The translations under genes and the position numbers were made by a program. Positions 6,798-17,233 of a stretch of 28,888 bases of DNA are shown one piece after another. The stretch comes from a virus. Its lineage: Duplodnaviria > Caudoviricetes. The stretch lies in IMG/VR virus record IMGVR_UViG_3300037515_000164, positions 1 to 28,888 of that record; one strand, given 5' to 3'. The notes under the pieces are model-generated. The model had not been told where the DNA came from. It did not search any database and saw only the letters and a program-made list of their open reading frames with translations. Position 1 is the stretch's first letter, and every line of letters begins with the position of its first letter.

Positions 6798-7458
6798 TAC
6801 CAATTTATTTGTTATAAACAAAGAAGGAGTTCTTGAAATTAATAAACTAGAGATAAGAGATATTCCTGAATTTAGAGAAATTCTATTTGAAGATAAAGGT
6901 AGTGAGGGTGACCATGATGGTAGAAAGAAACTATATGCTACTAAGATATTTAAGTTTATTCATGGTTATTGTAAAACTACTTCTATATATAGAGATTTAC
7001 CTGAAAAGAAAAGAATGGAGAGCTGTATCGATTTTGCAGGCTTGCCTTCTGATTGGATTCCTAATAAGACTGTTGAGAAAGCTATGAGTAAATATGTAGA
7101 GTTACTTGATTTAAGTGCTTTACATCTTGCTTATACTAATGCTAATAGAGGTGTTTATGGGATTGGAGAAGATTTAGAACTTCTTAATGAACGTAGAACT
7201 GCTGTAAGAGATAGAATTAGAAAAACTCAAAATAAACTAAACGTTGAAGAGGATGAACAAGTTATTCAATCTCTCAACGAACGTATAGAACAAAATACTA
7301 ATTTTCTTATGGATATTAGTAGTAAGATAATGGCAATTAACAATAAACTGCCTGATGCTTTTAAAACAGTTGAAGATTTAAGAAAGAAATTAGCTGAAGA
7401 AGAAACTGGAGTAGATAAGCTTTATGGCGGTGGTGATTTAGGAAGAAGAGAAGAATGA
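6787..7458 (+). CDS. Conserved crAss-like phage protein upstream of the nuclease/TerL block, with coiled coil
   Basis: IPEFREIL...SIYRDLPEKKR...GLPSDWIPNKTVEKAMSKY pattern and position; ATG at 6787 preferred over TTG at 6772. Confidence 0.6.
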   Translation: MRDNTNLFVINKEGVLEINKLEIRDIPEFREILFEDKGSEGDHDGRKKLYATKIFKFIHGYCKTTSIYRDLPEKKRMESCIDFAGLPSDWIPNKTVEKAMSKYVELLDLSALHLAYTNANRGVYGIGEDLELLNERRTAVRDRIRKTQNKLNVEEDEQVIQSLNERIEQNTNFLMDISSKIMAINNKLPDAFKTVEDLRKKLAEEETGVDKLYGGGDLGRREE

Positions 7459-7766
7459 GAAGACCTGTTATAATAAATGTTTGGGCAAACCATCCTAATG
7501 GTGAATTTATAGTAGCTATCGTATTAGATTTACATCCTGATAATATAACTAAGATAGTAAATCAAAAAGATGGGAGTACTGGTATATTTTATAGACCTAC
7601 TCAAAGTTTTTATAAATTAGCAATACCTTTTAAAGATTATCTCGCTTTTCACGAAGAATATGAACCTATAGATAGAAGATACCAAGAAGATGTAGAAGCT
7701 TACTATAGAGATAACTTTAAAGTAATACCCAATAGAAATGATAGAGGGGAGAAAGATATTATTTAG
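7455..7766 (+). CDS. Hypothetical protein
   Basis: ORF track; ATGA overlap with the upstream gene. Confidence 0.75.
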   Translation: MRRPVIINVWANHPNGEFIVAIVLDLHPDNITKIVNQKDGSTGIFYRPTQSFYKLAIPFKDYLAFHEEYEPIDRRYQEDVEAYYRDNFKVIPNRNDRGEKDII

Positions 7767-8763
7767 GGAAGACGATCATAGTTATACAGATGAGTATAAT
7801 AATGATTATACTAGTGTTACTACTCTTATAGGTAAATATGTTCCTGCTTTTAATAAAAGATATTGGAGTATGTATGTTGCTTTAAGAGATAGTGGTTTTA
7901 GAGTTAAACCTACGGATGCTCAACAAGGTATTATTGTTGATGGTAGTTATAGAGATTTGGAAGATTTGTATTTACATCCTATTAATAGTCATGAAGTAGG
8001 TATTGTTGTTAATAAGTGGAAGAAGATGACTAAAGATGCTTGTGATAGAGGTAATAAAATACATGACTTTCTTGAAGACACTATTAATATTAGTAAAGAT
8101 GATTACAAAGGAGAAACTAATAAACTTATAACTCCATCTCTTTCACATACAGGGGAACATGAGATGGTTATAATAAGAACCAAACATGATTTAGATAAAA
8201 CTCGAATACAGGATGTTTATCCTTCCATATACAGTACCCTGCTTAGTTATATTGATAAGGGCTGTACACTATTTGCTGAAAAGCTTGTGTACAGTCCTTT
8301 TTATTTGGTTGCAGGTAAGATTGATGTTCTTGTAGTTAAAGATAAACATTTCGCTATTCTTGATTGGAAGACTAATAAAGATGTGATGCTTTTTAATAGT
8401 GGTTATTTTAAAAAGAAAGTAATCGGTGGAGTTCGTGTTAAGACTGATGAATTTGTAAGAAAAGAAGAATATCTTAAATTTCCTATTAATACTGTAGAAA
8501 ATTGTAAAGGTATGGTATATAGTTTACAAGTTAGTTTGTATGCTATGTTACTTATTATGTGGGGATATAAATTAGTTCCTAACGGTTTAGGTATCTATCA
8601 TATAAGACTTAATTGTAAGCCGAAGTATATACCTATTAAATTTATGTATAATGAGGTACAAGCACTTCTTAAAGACCACTATGAGAAAAAATCAAATGTA
8701 TTACAATGTAATACAAACGAATTACGAAAAAAATCTGATGCTAAAAAATTTGGTATATGGTAA
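7738..8763 (+). CDS. PD-(D/E)XK (RecB/Cas4-like) nuclease
   Basis: SVTTLIG, GNKIHDFLE, EKLVYS, VAGKIDVL, ILDWKT and YSLQVSLYA motifs. Confidence 0.88.
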   Translation: MIEGRKILFREDDHSYTDEYNNDYTSVTTLIGKYVPAFNKRYWSMYVALRDSGFRVKPTDAQQGIIVDGSYRDLEDLYLHPINSHEVGIVVNKWKKMTKDACDRGNKIHDFLEDTINISKDDYKGETNKLITPSLSHTGEHEMVIIRTKHDLDKTRIQDVYPSIYSTLLSYIDKGCTLFAEKLVYSPFYLVAGKIDVLVVKDKHFAILDWKTNKDVMLFNSGYFKKKVIGGVRVKTDEFVRKEEYLKFPINTVENCKGMVYSLQVSLYAMLLIMWGYKLVPNGLGIYHIRLNCKPKYIPIKFMYNEVQALLKDHYEKKSNVLQCNTNELRKKSDAKKFGIW

Positions 8764-8782
8764 CTATAATAGAATTATAAAA

Positions 8783-9076
8783 ATGAAAGAATATATTATA
8801 AGTTGGGTTATAGCTATGGTAGTTCCAACTTCTTGTCCTGATTCTGGAAGACTTGATGAATTTGGAAGAGTAGAGAAGTCAATAATTATTTGTACTGCTT
8901 ATCATACCGATACATGGTATCTTGATAGAGAAAGACATTTTGTTACTAAAGATTCTGCTTTAGCTTTTTTAGATAAACTTAGAAAAGAAAGTAATAATAC
9001 CTCAACTTATTCTCTTTTATCAGAAGATAAAATAATTAATGTCAAATTTGATAGTATAATTAAAATAACTAACTAA
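8783..9076 (+). CDS. Hypothetical protein (start revised to 8783)
   Basis: ATG after A-rich leader just downstream of the nuclease stop; MKEYIISWVIAMVVPTSCPD... Confidence 0.65.
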   Translation: MKEYIISWVIAMVVPTSCPDSGRLDEFGRVEKSIIICTAYHTDTWYLDRERHFVTKDSALAFLDKLRKESNNTSTYSLLSEDKIINVKFDSIIKITN

Positions 9077-9078
9077 AT

Positions 9079-9561
9079 ATGAAGATAATTAAAGCTGTGT
9101 TTACTGATTTAGATGGTACACTAATTAAAACTAAAACGGGAAGAGATTTTCCTTTACATACTGGAGATTGGAGACTTGTAGATGAAACTCTTGATGCTCT
9201 TGAATATTATATAAAACTAGGATATAAAGTTATCGTGGTAACTAATCAGGCAGGTATTGAACAAGGTTATGTTCCTGAAAAAGCTTTTGTTATTAAGATA
9301 AATACTATATGTGATAAAGTAGAGAAAGAACTAAATCTTCCTAAAGGTTCTGTAAGTTATTATTATTGTAAACATAATGAAAGTTATTATAGAAAACCTA
9401 ATCCTGGTATGGCTTATGATGCTGCTATTGAATATGAAATAAATTTAAAAGAAAGTATCATGTTTGGAGATATGGATACTGATAGAGAGTTTGCTTTAAA
9501 TTCTGGAATAGGTGAGTATAAAGATATAAATGAAATATTAGTAACTAAGTGGAGCGACTAA
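9079..9561 (+). CDS. HAD-IIIA phosphatase, PNKP-like 3'-phosphatase
   Basis: DLDGTLIKTKTGRDFP...DW (motif I), VVTNQAGI (II), RKPNPGM (III), GDMDTD (IV). Confidence 0.88.
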   Translation: MKIIKAVFTDLDGTLIKTKTGRDFPLHTGDWRLVDETLDALEYYIKLGYKVIVVTNQAGIEQGYVPEKAFVIKINTICDKVEKELNLPKGSVSYYYCKHNESYYRKPNPGMAYDAAIEYEINLKESIMFGDMDTDREFALNSGIGEYKDINEILVTKWSD

Positions 9562-11853
9562 ATGCACGTTAATTATAGAAGTTATGATATAGTAAATAGC
9601 GTAGAGCCTGCGTTATTAGAAACGGCTATCAGAGATGATAGCCTTCCTGTTATAGATATGCCTTATAAGAAGATACAGGGTACTCTAGGAGAAGAACTAT
9701 ATGAGCATATTGATATAGCTTTCTATAATACTGAACAATTTAGTGTTACTGGACAACATTATTTAAAACATGGTACATATACTGAATATCATCCTATTTA
9801 TGATAGAAATAAGTATGATGCTTTCTGGGATGAAGAAGAAAGAAGAAGGAAAGAAGGTATTACATTACCTTGTGCTTTAGTTGTTAAAGAGGACGGTACT
9901 TATGTTTTACAAGATTTACATATAACAGGAGAACATTATGGTTATTTAAACTATGCTCCTATTAAAAGAGTTAAGCAAGCCACTCTTATTAAAATAGATG
10001 AACTTGTTAGATTAGGAGAAGATATTTCTGAATTAGCTGATGATAAAGAAGTAAGTCTTCCCCAATTTTTTGATAGTGATTATTATTACTTCAAAGCTAT
10101 TGAATTAGCTAGAGCTAAAGGTAAGCATATAGTTGTAGGTAAAGCTAGACGTAAAGGATATAGTTATAAAAATGGTTGGTTAAGTGCTAATAGAGCTGAT
10201 TTATATAAGAATACTGTAACAGGTATTGCTGCCTATAATAGTGATAGTTTGTATCCAGAAGGAACTATGACTATGGCTGATAACTACTTACAGCATATCT
10301 CTAAACATACTGACTGGTCTAAACGTCGTTTAATAGACAAAGAAAACACTATTAAATTCGGCTTTAAATATAACGATGGTTATGGTATAGAAAGAGGATA
10401 TAAAAGTAGTATACTAGCTAGAAGCTTTGCTACTAATAATCCTGGTGCTATTAGAGGTAAAGACTGTACTCTTATCTTATTAGAAGAATCTGGTAAAAAT
10501 CCTTTATTAAGTCAAGTACTAGCTTCTACTCTTCCTACTCTTGGAGCAGGTGCTGTTAAGACTGGTCTAATGATTGTCTTTGGTACTGGTGGTGGAGAAG
10601 ATAAACAATGGGAACATTTTGAATCTTTATTCTATTCTCCATCTGCTGATGGATTCTTATCTTTCAATAATATATGGGATGAGGATTGTAGAGGAGATGA
10701 ATGTGGTTTCTTTGTACCTAGTTATATGGGTAAAGAAGGCTTTATTGATAGACATGGCAATAGTAATGTTAAAGGAGCTATAGCTTATGAAGAAGCTATA
10801 AGAGAAACTAAGAAGAAAGCTAAAGATGCTAGTAAACTTAGTGATTACGTAATGGAAGAGCCATTCTGTCCTAAAGAAGCTTTTAGTAGAGGAACTAGTG
10901 GTATATTTCCAAATGCAGATTTAGAAGAACAATTAAGACGTGTACAGAAAGATGAAGACATAAAAGCATTAACTAGAACAGGAAATCTTATCCGTACTGC
11001 TCAAGGTGTCAAGTTTGTTGATAAGATGTTTATGACTCCTGAACAAGAAAAACATTATCATCCGCCTATAACTAACTTTCCTTTAAGAAAAGAAGATGAC
11101 CCTCATGGTTGTTTTGTTATGTGGTCACCACCTTATAGAAGTAAAGTAGATATACGTAAAGGTAGTCTTTTTAATGTTGATAAAGATGTTTTAATAGGTC
11201 AAGTACCTCATAATCTTTATAGAATATGGTGTGACCCTTTTGCTTTGCCTAAGAAGGCGGAACAGATTACAGGAAGAGATTCTTTAGGTGTTTTTAAAGT
11301 ATATGAAAGAACTAATAACTTTACTCCCGGTTTTGGTGATAGAATAGTAGCTGAGTTTAGAGGTCGTCCAGATACTACAGAAAAGTTTAATGAAATACTT
11401 TTTGCTGCTGCTGACTATTATAACGCTATTATTATGTATGAAAATGATAGGGGAGATATTTTTGATTATGCTAGGGAACATCATAGATTGCACCAACTTG
11501 CTGACGAACCTGACGTAATATGGCAGAAATCATTACAGACGAGCAAGACAGGAAGAAAGAAAGGTATTAGTATTAATGAGGCTCGAAGGCTTACTGGTGT
11601 TATATATGTAAAGGACTGGTTAGTACAAAAAAGGGGCAATGATAATGGTAAAAATTTACTAAATTTACACTACTATTATAGTGAGGCAGGTTTAAAGGAA
11701 CTTTTAAGGTATAATCTATACAAAGGTAACTTTGATGCTGTATCTACTCTTATAGTAGGTCAATATGATATTAAAGAACAAGTTTTTACTAAAATAACAG
11801 ATAATACTAATATAGTAAGTTCTGATAGTGTTTTTAACAGACAATTATTCTAA
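9562..11853 (+). CDS. terL: Terminase large subunit (crAss-like)
   Basis: Walker A GKARRKGYSY, Walker B LILLEESG, FGTGG coupling motif, nuclease IWCDP...YENDRG; lies directly upstream of the portal. Confidence 0.93.
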   Translation: MHVNYRSYDIVNSVEPALLETAIRDDSLPVIDMPYKKIQGTLGEELYEHIDIAFYNTEQFSVTGQHYLKHGTYTEYHPIYDRNKYDAFWDEEERRRKEGITLPCALVVKEDGTYVLQDLHITGEHYGYLNYAPIKRVKQATLIKIDELVRLGEDISELADDKEVSLPQFFDSDYYYFKAIELARAKGKHIVVGKARRKGYSYKNGWLSANRADLYKNTVTGIAAYNSDSLYPEGTMTMADNYLQHISKHTDWSKRRLIDKENTIKFGFKYNDGYGIERGYKSSILARSFATNNPGAIRGKDCTLILLEESGKNPLLSQVLASTLPTLGAGAVKTGLMIVFGTGGGEDKQWEHFESLFYSPSADGFLSFNNIWDEDCRGDECGFFVPSYMGKEGFIDRHGNSNVKGAIAYEEAIRETKKKAKDASKLSDYVMEEPFCPKEAFSRGTSGIFPNADLEEQLRRVQKDEDIKALTRTGNLIRTAQGVKFVDKMFMTPEQEKHYHPPITNFPLRKEDDPHGCFVMWSPPYRSKVDIRKGSLFNVDKDVLIGQVPHNLYRIWCDPFALPKKAEQITGRDSLGVFKVYERTNNFTPGFGDRIVAEFRGRPDTTEKFNEILFAAADYYNAIIMYENDRGDIFDYAREHHRLHQLADEPDVIWQKSLQTSKTGRKKGISINEARRLTGVIYVKDWLVQKRGNDNGKNLLNLHYYYSEAGLKELLRYNLYKGNFDAVSTLIVGQYDIKEQVFTKITDNTNIVSSDSVFNRQLF

Positions 11854-11871
11854 TATATAACAACTACTTAT

Positions 11872-14220
11872 ATGTCCTTATTTCCTAGACAGAAAATATC
11901 TTCAGCAGAGAAGAAAAAGAAAGACAAAGTTACTGGTCTTACTTGGGGCGAAGCTTGTGTTAACTTTATTGCTGATGAATTTATTACAAGTAGTTTTACC
12001 AATAATGTTTCTAGCGATGCTCGTCTTTTAGATGGCGGTGACCTTATAGAAGAAGATTATGCTCATGTTTTAAATCCTTTAAATACTACTGTTGATAGAT
12101 ATAAGAGATTTGGAGCTAAGTTACGTAATTTTGATATTATTACTCCTGTTAGAGATTTATATGTAGGAGAGTTTAGTAAACGTTTTAAAAACTTTACTGT
12201 TATAGATAGTAATCCTGAAGATGATAATTTATATAAAGAGGGATTAGGTAAATTACTAGAACAATATTATCAACAAAAACTTATAAATGAGTTAAATACT
12301 ATAGGTATAGAAACTGGTAAAGAGTCTAAAGAACAAGGTACTGTACAAGAAGAAGTAGATAAATATAATAAAAATTACGATAGTAATAGAGTTATAAGTG
12401 GGCAAGAAGTTCTTGATTATATTAAGTTTGATCAAGATTTAGATGAGAAATACCAACAAGCCTATACAGATTGGGTTTCTTTTGGCGCGGCTGTTACTTA
12501 TAAAGCTGTTTACCATGATGACGTTTTATTAGAACGAGTTCCTCCTTATGAAATATCTCTCCCTGATTCTTATAGGGGTACTTTTATAGAAGATGCTCCT
12601 CGTATTCTCCGTAGAAGAATAATGACTGGTAATGAGATAGTAGATAGATGGAGACATTTACTTACTGATGAAGATATTACATGGTTAGAAGAAACAGAGA
12701 ACAGTGAGGTTGGTACAGGGGCTTCCAATTTTGTAGTTCTTCCTACTCAATGGATAGGCAAGGATGATAAGTATTATTCAAATAATGCTTATCTTAGTGG
12801 TTTTGAAGTATGTCATACTCAATGGAGAAGTTATCAAAGAATAGGAATCCTTACATATCAAGATAAAGAATTAGGTGTCGTTACTACTATGGAAGTGGAC
12901 GACACTTATGTTTTAGATAAAGCTAATGGAGACATTAGTATTGAATGGGAATGGATTAGTCAAGTATATCAGGGAACTAGAATTGCTGATGCTTCTAATA
13001 AGATATTCTTAGAAGTAGAGCCTCTTGAATATAATAGAATGGAACTTAATAACAGTTCTGCTCAAAAACTATGTTATAATGGTAGGATTAATAGAGGCGT
13101 TAATGGTAAAGTAGTAAGTATTCCTACTGTTGGAAAATCTTATCAAATTATATATAATATTCTTAAATATCAATTTGAAAAAATAATCAATAAGAATAAA
13201 GATAAAGTTATGATAATGCCTCAAGGACTTATTCCTAAAGGACAAGGTGGTTGGGATGAAGAAAAATTTATGTATTTTGTTCATGCTGATAATTTAATGG
13301 TTATTGATGAAGCTCAGCCTACTGCGGGTTTAGCTCTGCAAGGTATTAAAGTTCTTGATATGAGTTTAGGGCAGTTTGCTAGAGATTCTATAGATTTAAT
13401 GCAATCTATAAAATATGAGTTTTGGGAAGCTATTGGAATGAATCGTCAGAGATATGGAGATTCTAAAGCTAGTGATGGTAAAGGTGTTACTGAACAAGCT
13501 ATATTTAGAAGTGCTATCATAAGTGAAGAACTTAATAGAAAGTTTGAAAAGTTTCAAGAGAAAGATTATGAAGGTCTTTTAGACATTAGTAAAGTAGCTT
13601 ATATTAAAGGGAAGAAAGCTAAGTATGTAAATAGTGAAGGTAGAAAAGCTTTTCTTGCTATTAATGCTGACGATGCAATATATCATCTTGAAAGTGATTA
13701 TAATGTTCATGTTATTAATAGTAGCCAAGAAACGGAGAATATCCAAACTGCTAAAGAATATGGGTTTAGTTTAGGTCAAAATGCAGATGCTCCTACTATG
13801 ATGGAATTAATAGGAAGCAGGAATTTTGAAAAAACTAAACGAATAGTTTATAAAATAGATGCTATTGCTAAACAGAGAGAACAAGCTATGCAAGAACAAG
13901 CTCTTGCTAGTAATGAAGAAGTAGCTAGAATGAATCAAGAAATCAAAGAAGCTGAAAACGAAGTTAAACGTTATGAAGCGGATAGAAGATACGATACAGC
14001 TATTGATTCTAAACTTTTGGAATTAAGTAAAGATGATGGAAAAGGAGATGATAGAGGTATTAAAGAAAAGTTAGCTGATAATAAGGTTGCTGTAGATAAA
14101 GAAAAACTTGACTTAGATAGACAAAAATTTGAGCAAGATAAGAAAGAAGGCAATCAAAGTATTAAAGAAAGCCAAGCTAAAGTAGTGGCTTTAAAACAAA
14201 AACCGAAAGTAAGTCAATAA
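11872..14220 (+). CDS. Portal protein
   Basis: 782 aa; FPRQK N-terminus, LRNFDIITP, WEWISQVYQG and GMNRQRYG patterns of crAss-like portals; C-terminal coiled coil; follows TerL. Confidence 0.9.
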   Translation: MSLFPRQKISSAEKKKKDKVTGLTWGEACVNFIADEFITSSFTNNVSSDARLLDGGDLIEEDYAHVLNPLNTTVDRYKRFGAKLRNFDIITPVRDLYVGEFSKRFKNFTVIDSNPEDDNLYKEGLGKLLEQYYQQKLINELNTIGIETGKESKEQGTVQEEVDKYNKNYDSNRVISGQEVLDYIKFDQDLDEKYQQAYTDWVSFGAAVTYKAVYHDDVLLERVPPYEISLPDSYRGTFIEDAPRILRRRIMTGNEIVDRWRHLLTDEDITWLEETENSEVGTGASNFVVLPTQWIGKDDKYYSNNAYLSGFEVCHTQWRSYQRIGILTYQDKELGVVTTMEVDDTYVLDKANGDISIEWEWISQVYQGTRIADASNKIFLEVEPLEYNRMELNNSSAQKLCYNGRINRGVNGKVVSIPTVGKSYQIIYNILKYQFEKIINKNKDKVMIMPQGLIPKGQGGWDEEKFMYFVHADNLMVIDEAQPTAGLALQGIKVLDMSLGQFARDSIDLMQSIKYEFWEAIGMNRQRYGDSKASDGKGVTEQAIFRSAIISEELNRKFEKFQEKDYEGLLDISKVAYIKGKKAKYVNSEGRKAFLAINADDAIYHLESDYNVHVINSSQETENIQTAKEYGFSLGQNADAPTMMELIGSRNFEKTKRIVYKIDAIAKQREQAMQEQALASNEEVARMNQEIKEAENEVKRYEADRRYDTAIDSKLLELSKDDGKGDDRGIKEKLADNKVAVDKEKLDLDRQKFEQDKKEGNQSIKESQAKVVALKQKPKVSQ

Positions 14221-14250
14221 TTAATAATAGATTAATAACTAATAATAAAT

Positions 14251-15609
14251 ATGATGGCAGAAATAGCTCAACCTGATATAACAATAGGAGATATTGTTAA
14301 TCCACAAAGTATAATCCCTAATCAAAATCAGAATCCTAATATTAGTGGTGATGATAAAGATAAGGATAAAAACAAAAATCTTGATAAAGATGGTAATTCT
14401 ATTGCAGAGCCTGGTGCTAATGCAGATAAAGGAGATGAATCTCAAGATAAAAAGACGTTTAATACAGAAGAAAATAAAACTAAAATTAAAAGTTTTTTAA
14501 CTTCTTTAAACGCAGAGCAACTATCTGATGAAAACAAAGGCATTAAAGCAGAACTTTTAGAAAAACATAAAGGTACTTCTATAGATGCTGATGGTAATGT
14601 TCTAAATGATAAAGGGGAAATAGTAGTTAAATTTGAAGATGTATTCAATGATTTAGTTAATGAACCTGAAATTGCTTTAGATAAAGAAGGAAATCAGATA
14701 GATGATGAAGGTAATATCATTAAAACTAAAGCACAACTTGCTGCTGAAAAAGATGGTGATTTACTTAATAATGCTCACCTTCAATTGGAATATGAGTTTT
14801 TAGATGAAAATGGTAAAACAAAAGTTTATCCCAATAATATTGAAGGTGTAAAAGAGCTTGTTAAAGATTATGGTGTTGAGATAGGTAAAGCAACATTAGA
14901 GAATCTTTATAATAAGTTTCCAGTTCTTTCAGAAGTTGTTAAACATCTTCAATTAGGAAAGGATTTAAAAGATTTTGAACAAGCTACTGATTATTCTAAA
15001 GTAGATAAAAAGAATTTAAATAGTGAACAAAAACTCGATACTATTAGAAAGTCATTATTAATAAGAAACCTAGAGAGTGAAAGAATTGAAAGTTATTTAA
15101 GCTTTACTAAAGATAGTAACAGTGTTGACAAAGAATATGATATAGCTGTAAAAGCTCTAAAAGAATACGATGACAATGTTAAACTTAATCGTCAAAAAGA
15201 AATTAATGATACTATAGCTAGAGAAGAAGCTAAAATTCAAAATCATTGGAATAGTGTAAATGACCATATTAAAAATAATAAGGTTAGTTTTGTTACTATT
15301 CCTGATTCAGAAAAAGAAGCTTTCTTTAATTATATGTCAAATGCTGTTGACGATAAAGGTAATAGTCAAGAAATCCTAGATATGTCTAAAGAAAGTCTTG
15401 AAAATAGAATAGGTTTAGCTTATTTAAGATTTAAAAAATTTGACTTTAATAGTGTTATCAAACAGAAAATGAGAGAAAATAGAGTAAGTGGTCTTAGAGA
15501 TCTAGTGTTTAGAAGTGCTAAATTGGAAAGTGAAAATTCTGCTAGTACTGGTGGTGTTTCTAAACCTCAAAAAGATATTACTATAGACGACTTATTCAAT
15601 AGTAAATAA
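14251..15609 (+). CDS. Putative capsid scaffolding/assembly protein
   Basis: Acidic, low-complexity N-terminus, repeated D-x-D-G-N motifs, helical C-terminus; sits between portal and major capsid. Confidence 0.65.
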   Translation: MMAEIAQPDITIGDIVNPQSIIPNQNQNPNISGDDKDKDKNKNLDKDGNSIAEPGANADKGDESQDKKTFNTEENKTKIKSFLTSLNAEQLSDENKGIKAELLEKHKGTSIDADGNVLNDKGEIVVKFEDVFNDLVNEPEIALDKEGNQIDDEGNIIKTKAQLAAEKDGDLLNNAHLQLEYEFLDENGKTKVYPNNIEGVKELVKDYGVEIGKATLENLYNKFPVLSEVVKHLQLGKDLKDFEQATDYSKVDKKNLNSEQKLDTIRKSLLIRNLESERIESYLSFTKDSNSVDKEYDIAVKALKEYDDNVKLNRQKEINDTIAREEAKIQNHWNSVNDHIKNNKVSFVTIPDSEKEAFFNYMSNAVDDKGNSQEILDMSKESLENRIGLAYLRFKKFDFNSVIKQKMRENRVSGLRDLVFRSAKLESENSASTGGVSKPQKDITIDDLFNSK

Positions 15610-15627
15610 CTTTAAAAAACAATTAAA

Positions 15628-17133
15628 ATGGATAATACATTTGGTAATCAAATTACGGCTCAGATACTAAAACACGAAACCTTTGATGGTAGAGGTTTTA
15701 CTACTAACAACTCGTTAGCTGAAGCTCGTATTACTAAAGCGGATACTCTTACTCCTGTTATAACTCATTTAATGGGTAATGATAGTAAGAAGTTTCCCTT
15801 AACCTTCTTAACTGAAGGACAAGCAGGTGGTATGCGTACTATTGGAATCGAAGACATTGAATACGACTATCCTGTAATGACAAGACTTAAACAATCTGAC
15901 GTGATTGTTAGTCACGAATATACCGCTGCTACCGAAGTTGGTAAGAGAGGTGTTCCTTTCCATGTGATTTTTAAAACTAATTGGTTAAAAGACCAACATT
16001 TAGTTAGAACTCCTAATGGAAAAATTGCTAGAATACTTAGTAAAGAAAGAGTAAGTACTGGTTTTAGATATACTTTCCAACTTATTTATCGTAATTTGGA
16101 TGATTATATGCCTACTACCGAGATGACTGCGGGTCTAAGATGGAGTATGAGTGGTGGAGCACCTGTTGCTGAAGCTTATTCTAGTGGTAATGAAAGTAAT
16201 AAACAAGTTCCTGGTAAACTAAAGAACCAAATTTCTATTCTTAGAAAGTCTTATGAATTTGGTGGTAATGTTAGTAATCGTACTGTAGAGTTCCAGTTTA
16301 ATTTACCTAGTGGTAAAACATCTTACTGGATGCCTTTCGAGGAATATCAGCATGAATTACAATACAAGGAAGCTTGTGAAGAACATTTATGGGAAAGTAC
16401 CTATAATAGAGATGTTAATGGTAATATTACTACTATTGACCCTGAAACTGGTTTTCCTATTCCTATTGGAGCAGGTGTCGATGACCAGATTCCTAATAAA
16501 GATACTTATGGTTTCTTAACTGTTGGTAAATTATCTAGGACTGTTGGTGATGTGTTGTATGGTGCTACAGATACTGGTAGAATGGAAATTGTTCTCTTTA
16601 CTGGTGTTGGTGGAGCTAGAGAATTTGATGCCGCTATTAAGAGAGAATCTACTGGTGCAGGTGCTTGGACTTTAACTAGCAGTACTGATAATAAATTTAT
16701 CGGAGGTACTGCTAATAGTAACAGTCTTAAATATGGTGCGTATTTTAATCAATACCAACATATTGACGGACACACCATTACTGTACGTTTACTTAATCTT
16801 TTAGACTATGGTGGACGTGCTGAAAACTCTCCTCTACATCCAGTAGAAGGACTTCCAATGAGTTCTTTTGATATGTATTTCGTTGATATGAGTACCTATG
16901 ATGGAATCAGAAACGTTCAAATGGTTAATCAAAAAGGACGTTCTATGATTAGAGGTATTGAACAAGGTATGACTTTAATTAAAGGTAAGAGTTATGGTGA
17001 TTATAATGGTAATGCCACTAATATCAACTTAGCTACCGATATTGATAAAGCCGCTGTTCACTTCCTTAAAACTCTAGGTGTTAATATTCGTAGAAATGTT
17101 CATTGTTTTAAACTAAGTTGCGATTTGTCGTAG
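15628..17133 (+). CDS. Major capsid protein (crAss-like, HK97 fold)
   Basis: 501 aa; FPLTFLTEG, KLKNQISILRKSY, IPIGAGV, LFTGVGGAREFD and Y-x-HIDGHTITV patterns; gene order. Confidence 0.9.
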   Translation: MDNTFGNQITAQILKHETFDGRGFTTNNSLAEARITKADTLTPVITHLMGNDSKKFPLTFLTEGQAGGMRTIGIEDIEYDYPVMTRLKQSDVIVSHEYTAATEVGKRGVPFHVIFKTNWLKDQHLVRTPNGKIARILSKERVSTGFRYTFQLIYRNLDDYMPTTEMTAGLRWSMSGGAPVAEAYSSGNESNKQVPGKLKNQISILRKSYEFGGNVSNRTVEFQFNLPSGKTSYWMPFEEYQHELQYKEACEEHLWESTYNRDVNGNITTIDPETGFPIPIGAGVDDQIPNKDTYGFLTVGKLSRTVGDVLYGATDTGRMEIVLFTGVGGAREFDAAIKRESTGAGAWTLTSSTDNKFIGGTANSNSLKYGAYFNQYQHIDGHTITVRLLNLLDYGGRAENSPLHPVEGLPMSSFDMYFVDMSTYDGIRNVQMVNQKGRSMIRGIEQGMTLIKGKSYGDYNGNATNINLATDIDKAAVHFLKTLGVNIRRNVHCFKLSCDLS

Positions 17134-17169
17134 TTAGTATTATATTAGTTAGTAGTTAATTTAGAATGT

Positions 17170-17205
17170 GCTACTAGAGATATTAATAGTATCTCTAGTA
17201 GCTTT
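17170..17205 (+). terminator. Hairpin after the major capsid gene (partial terminator or stabiliser)
   Basis: 13-bp perfect stem GCTACTAGAGATA/TATCTCTAGTAGC followed by TTT. Confidence 0.7.
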
Positions 17206-17233
17206 AACAATAAAAAGCAAAAACAAAACAATC

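Noticed and set aside
8783-8840. Lipoprotein signal in MKEYIISWVIAMVVPTSC
   Set aside because: Short h-region, acidic residue in the n-region and Pro at -3 make a poor lipobox; not called.
9562-17133. Introns or inteins in TerL, portal or major capsid
   Set aside because: ORFs are uninterrupted, of expected size, and show no intein or homing-endonuclease motifs that I could see.
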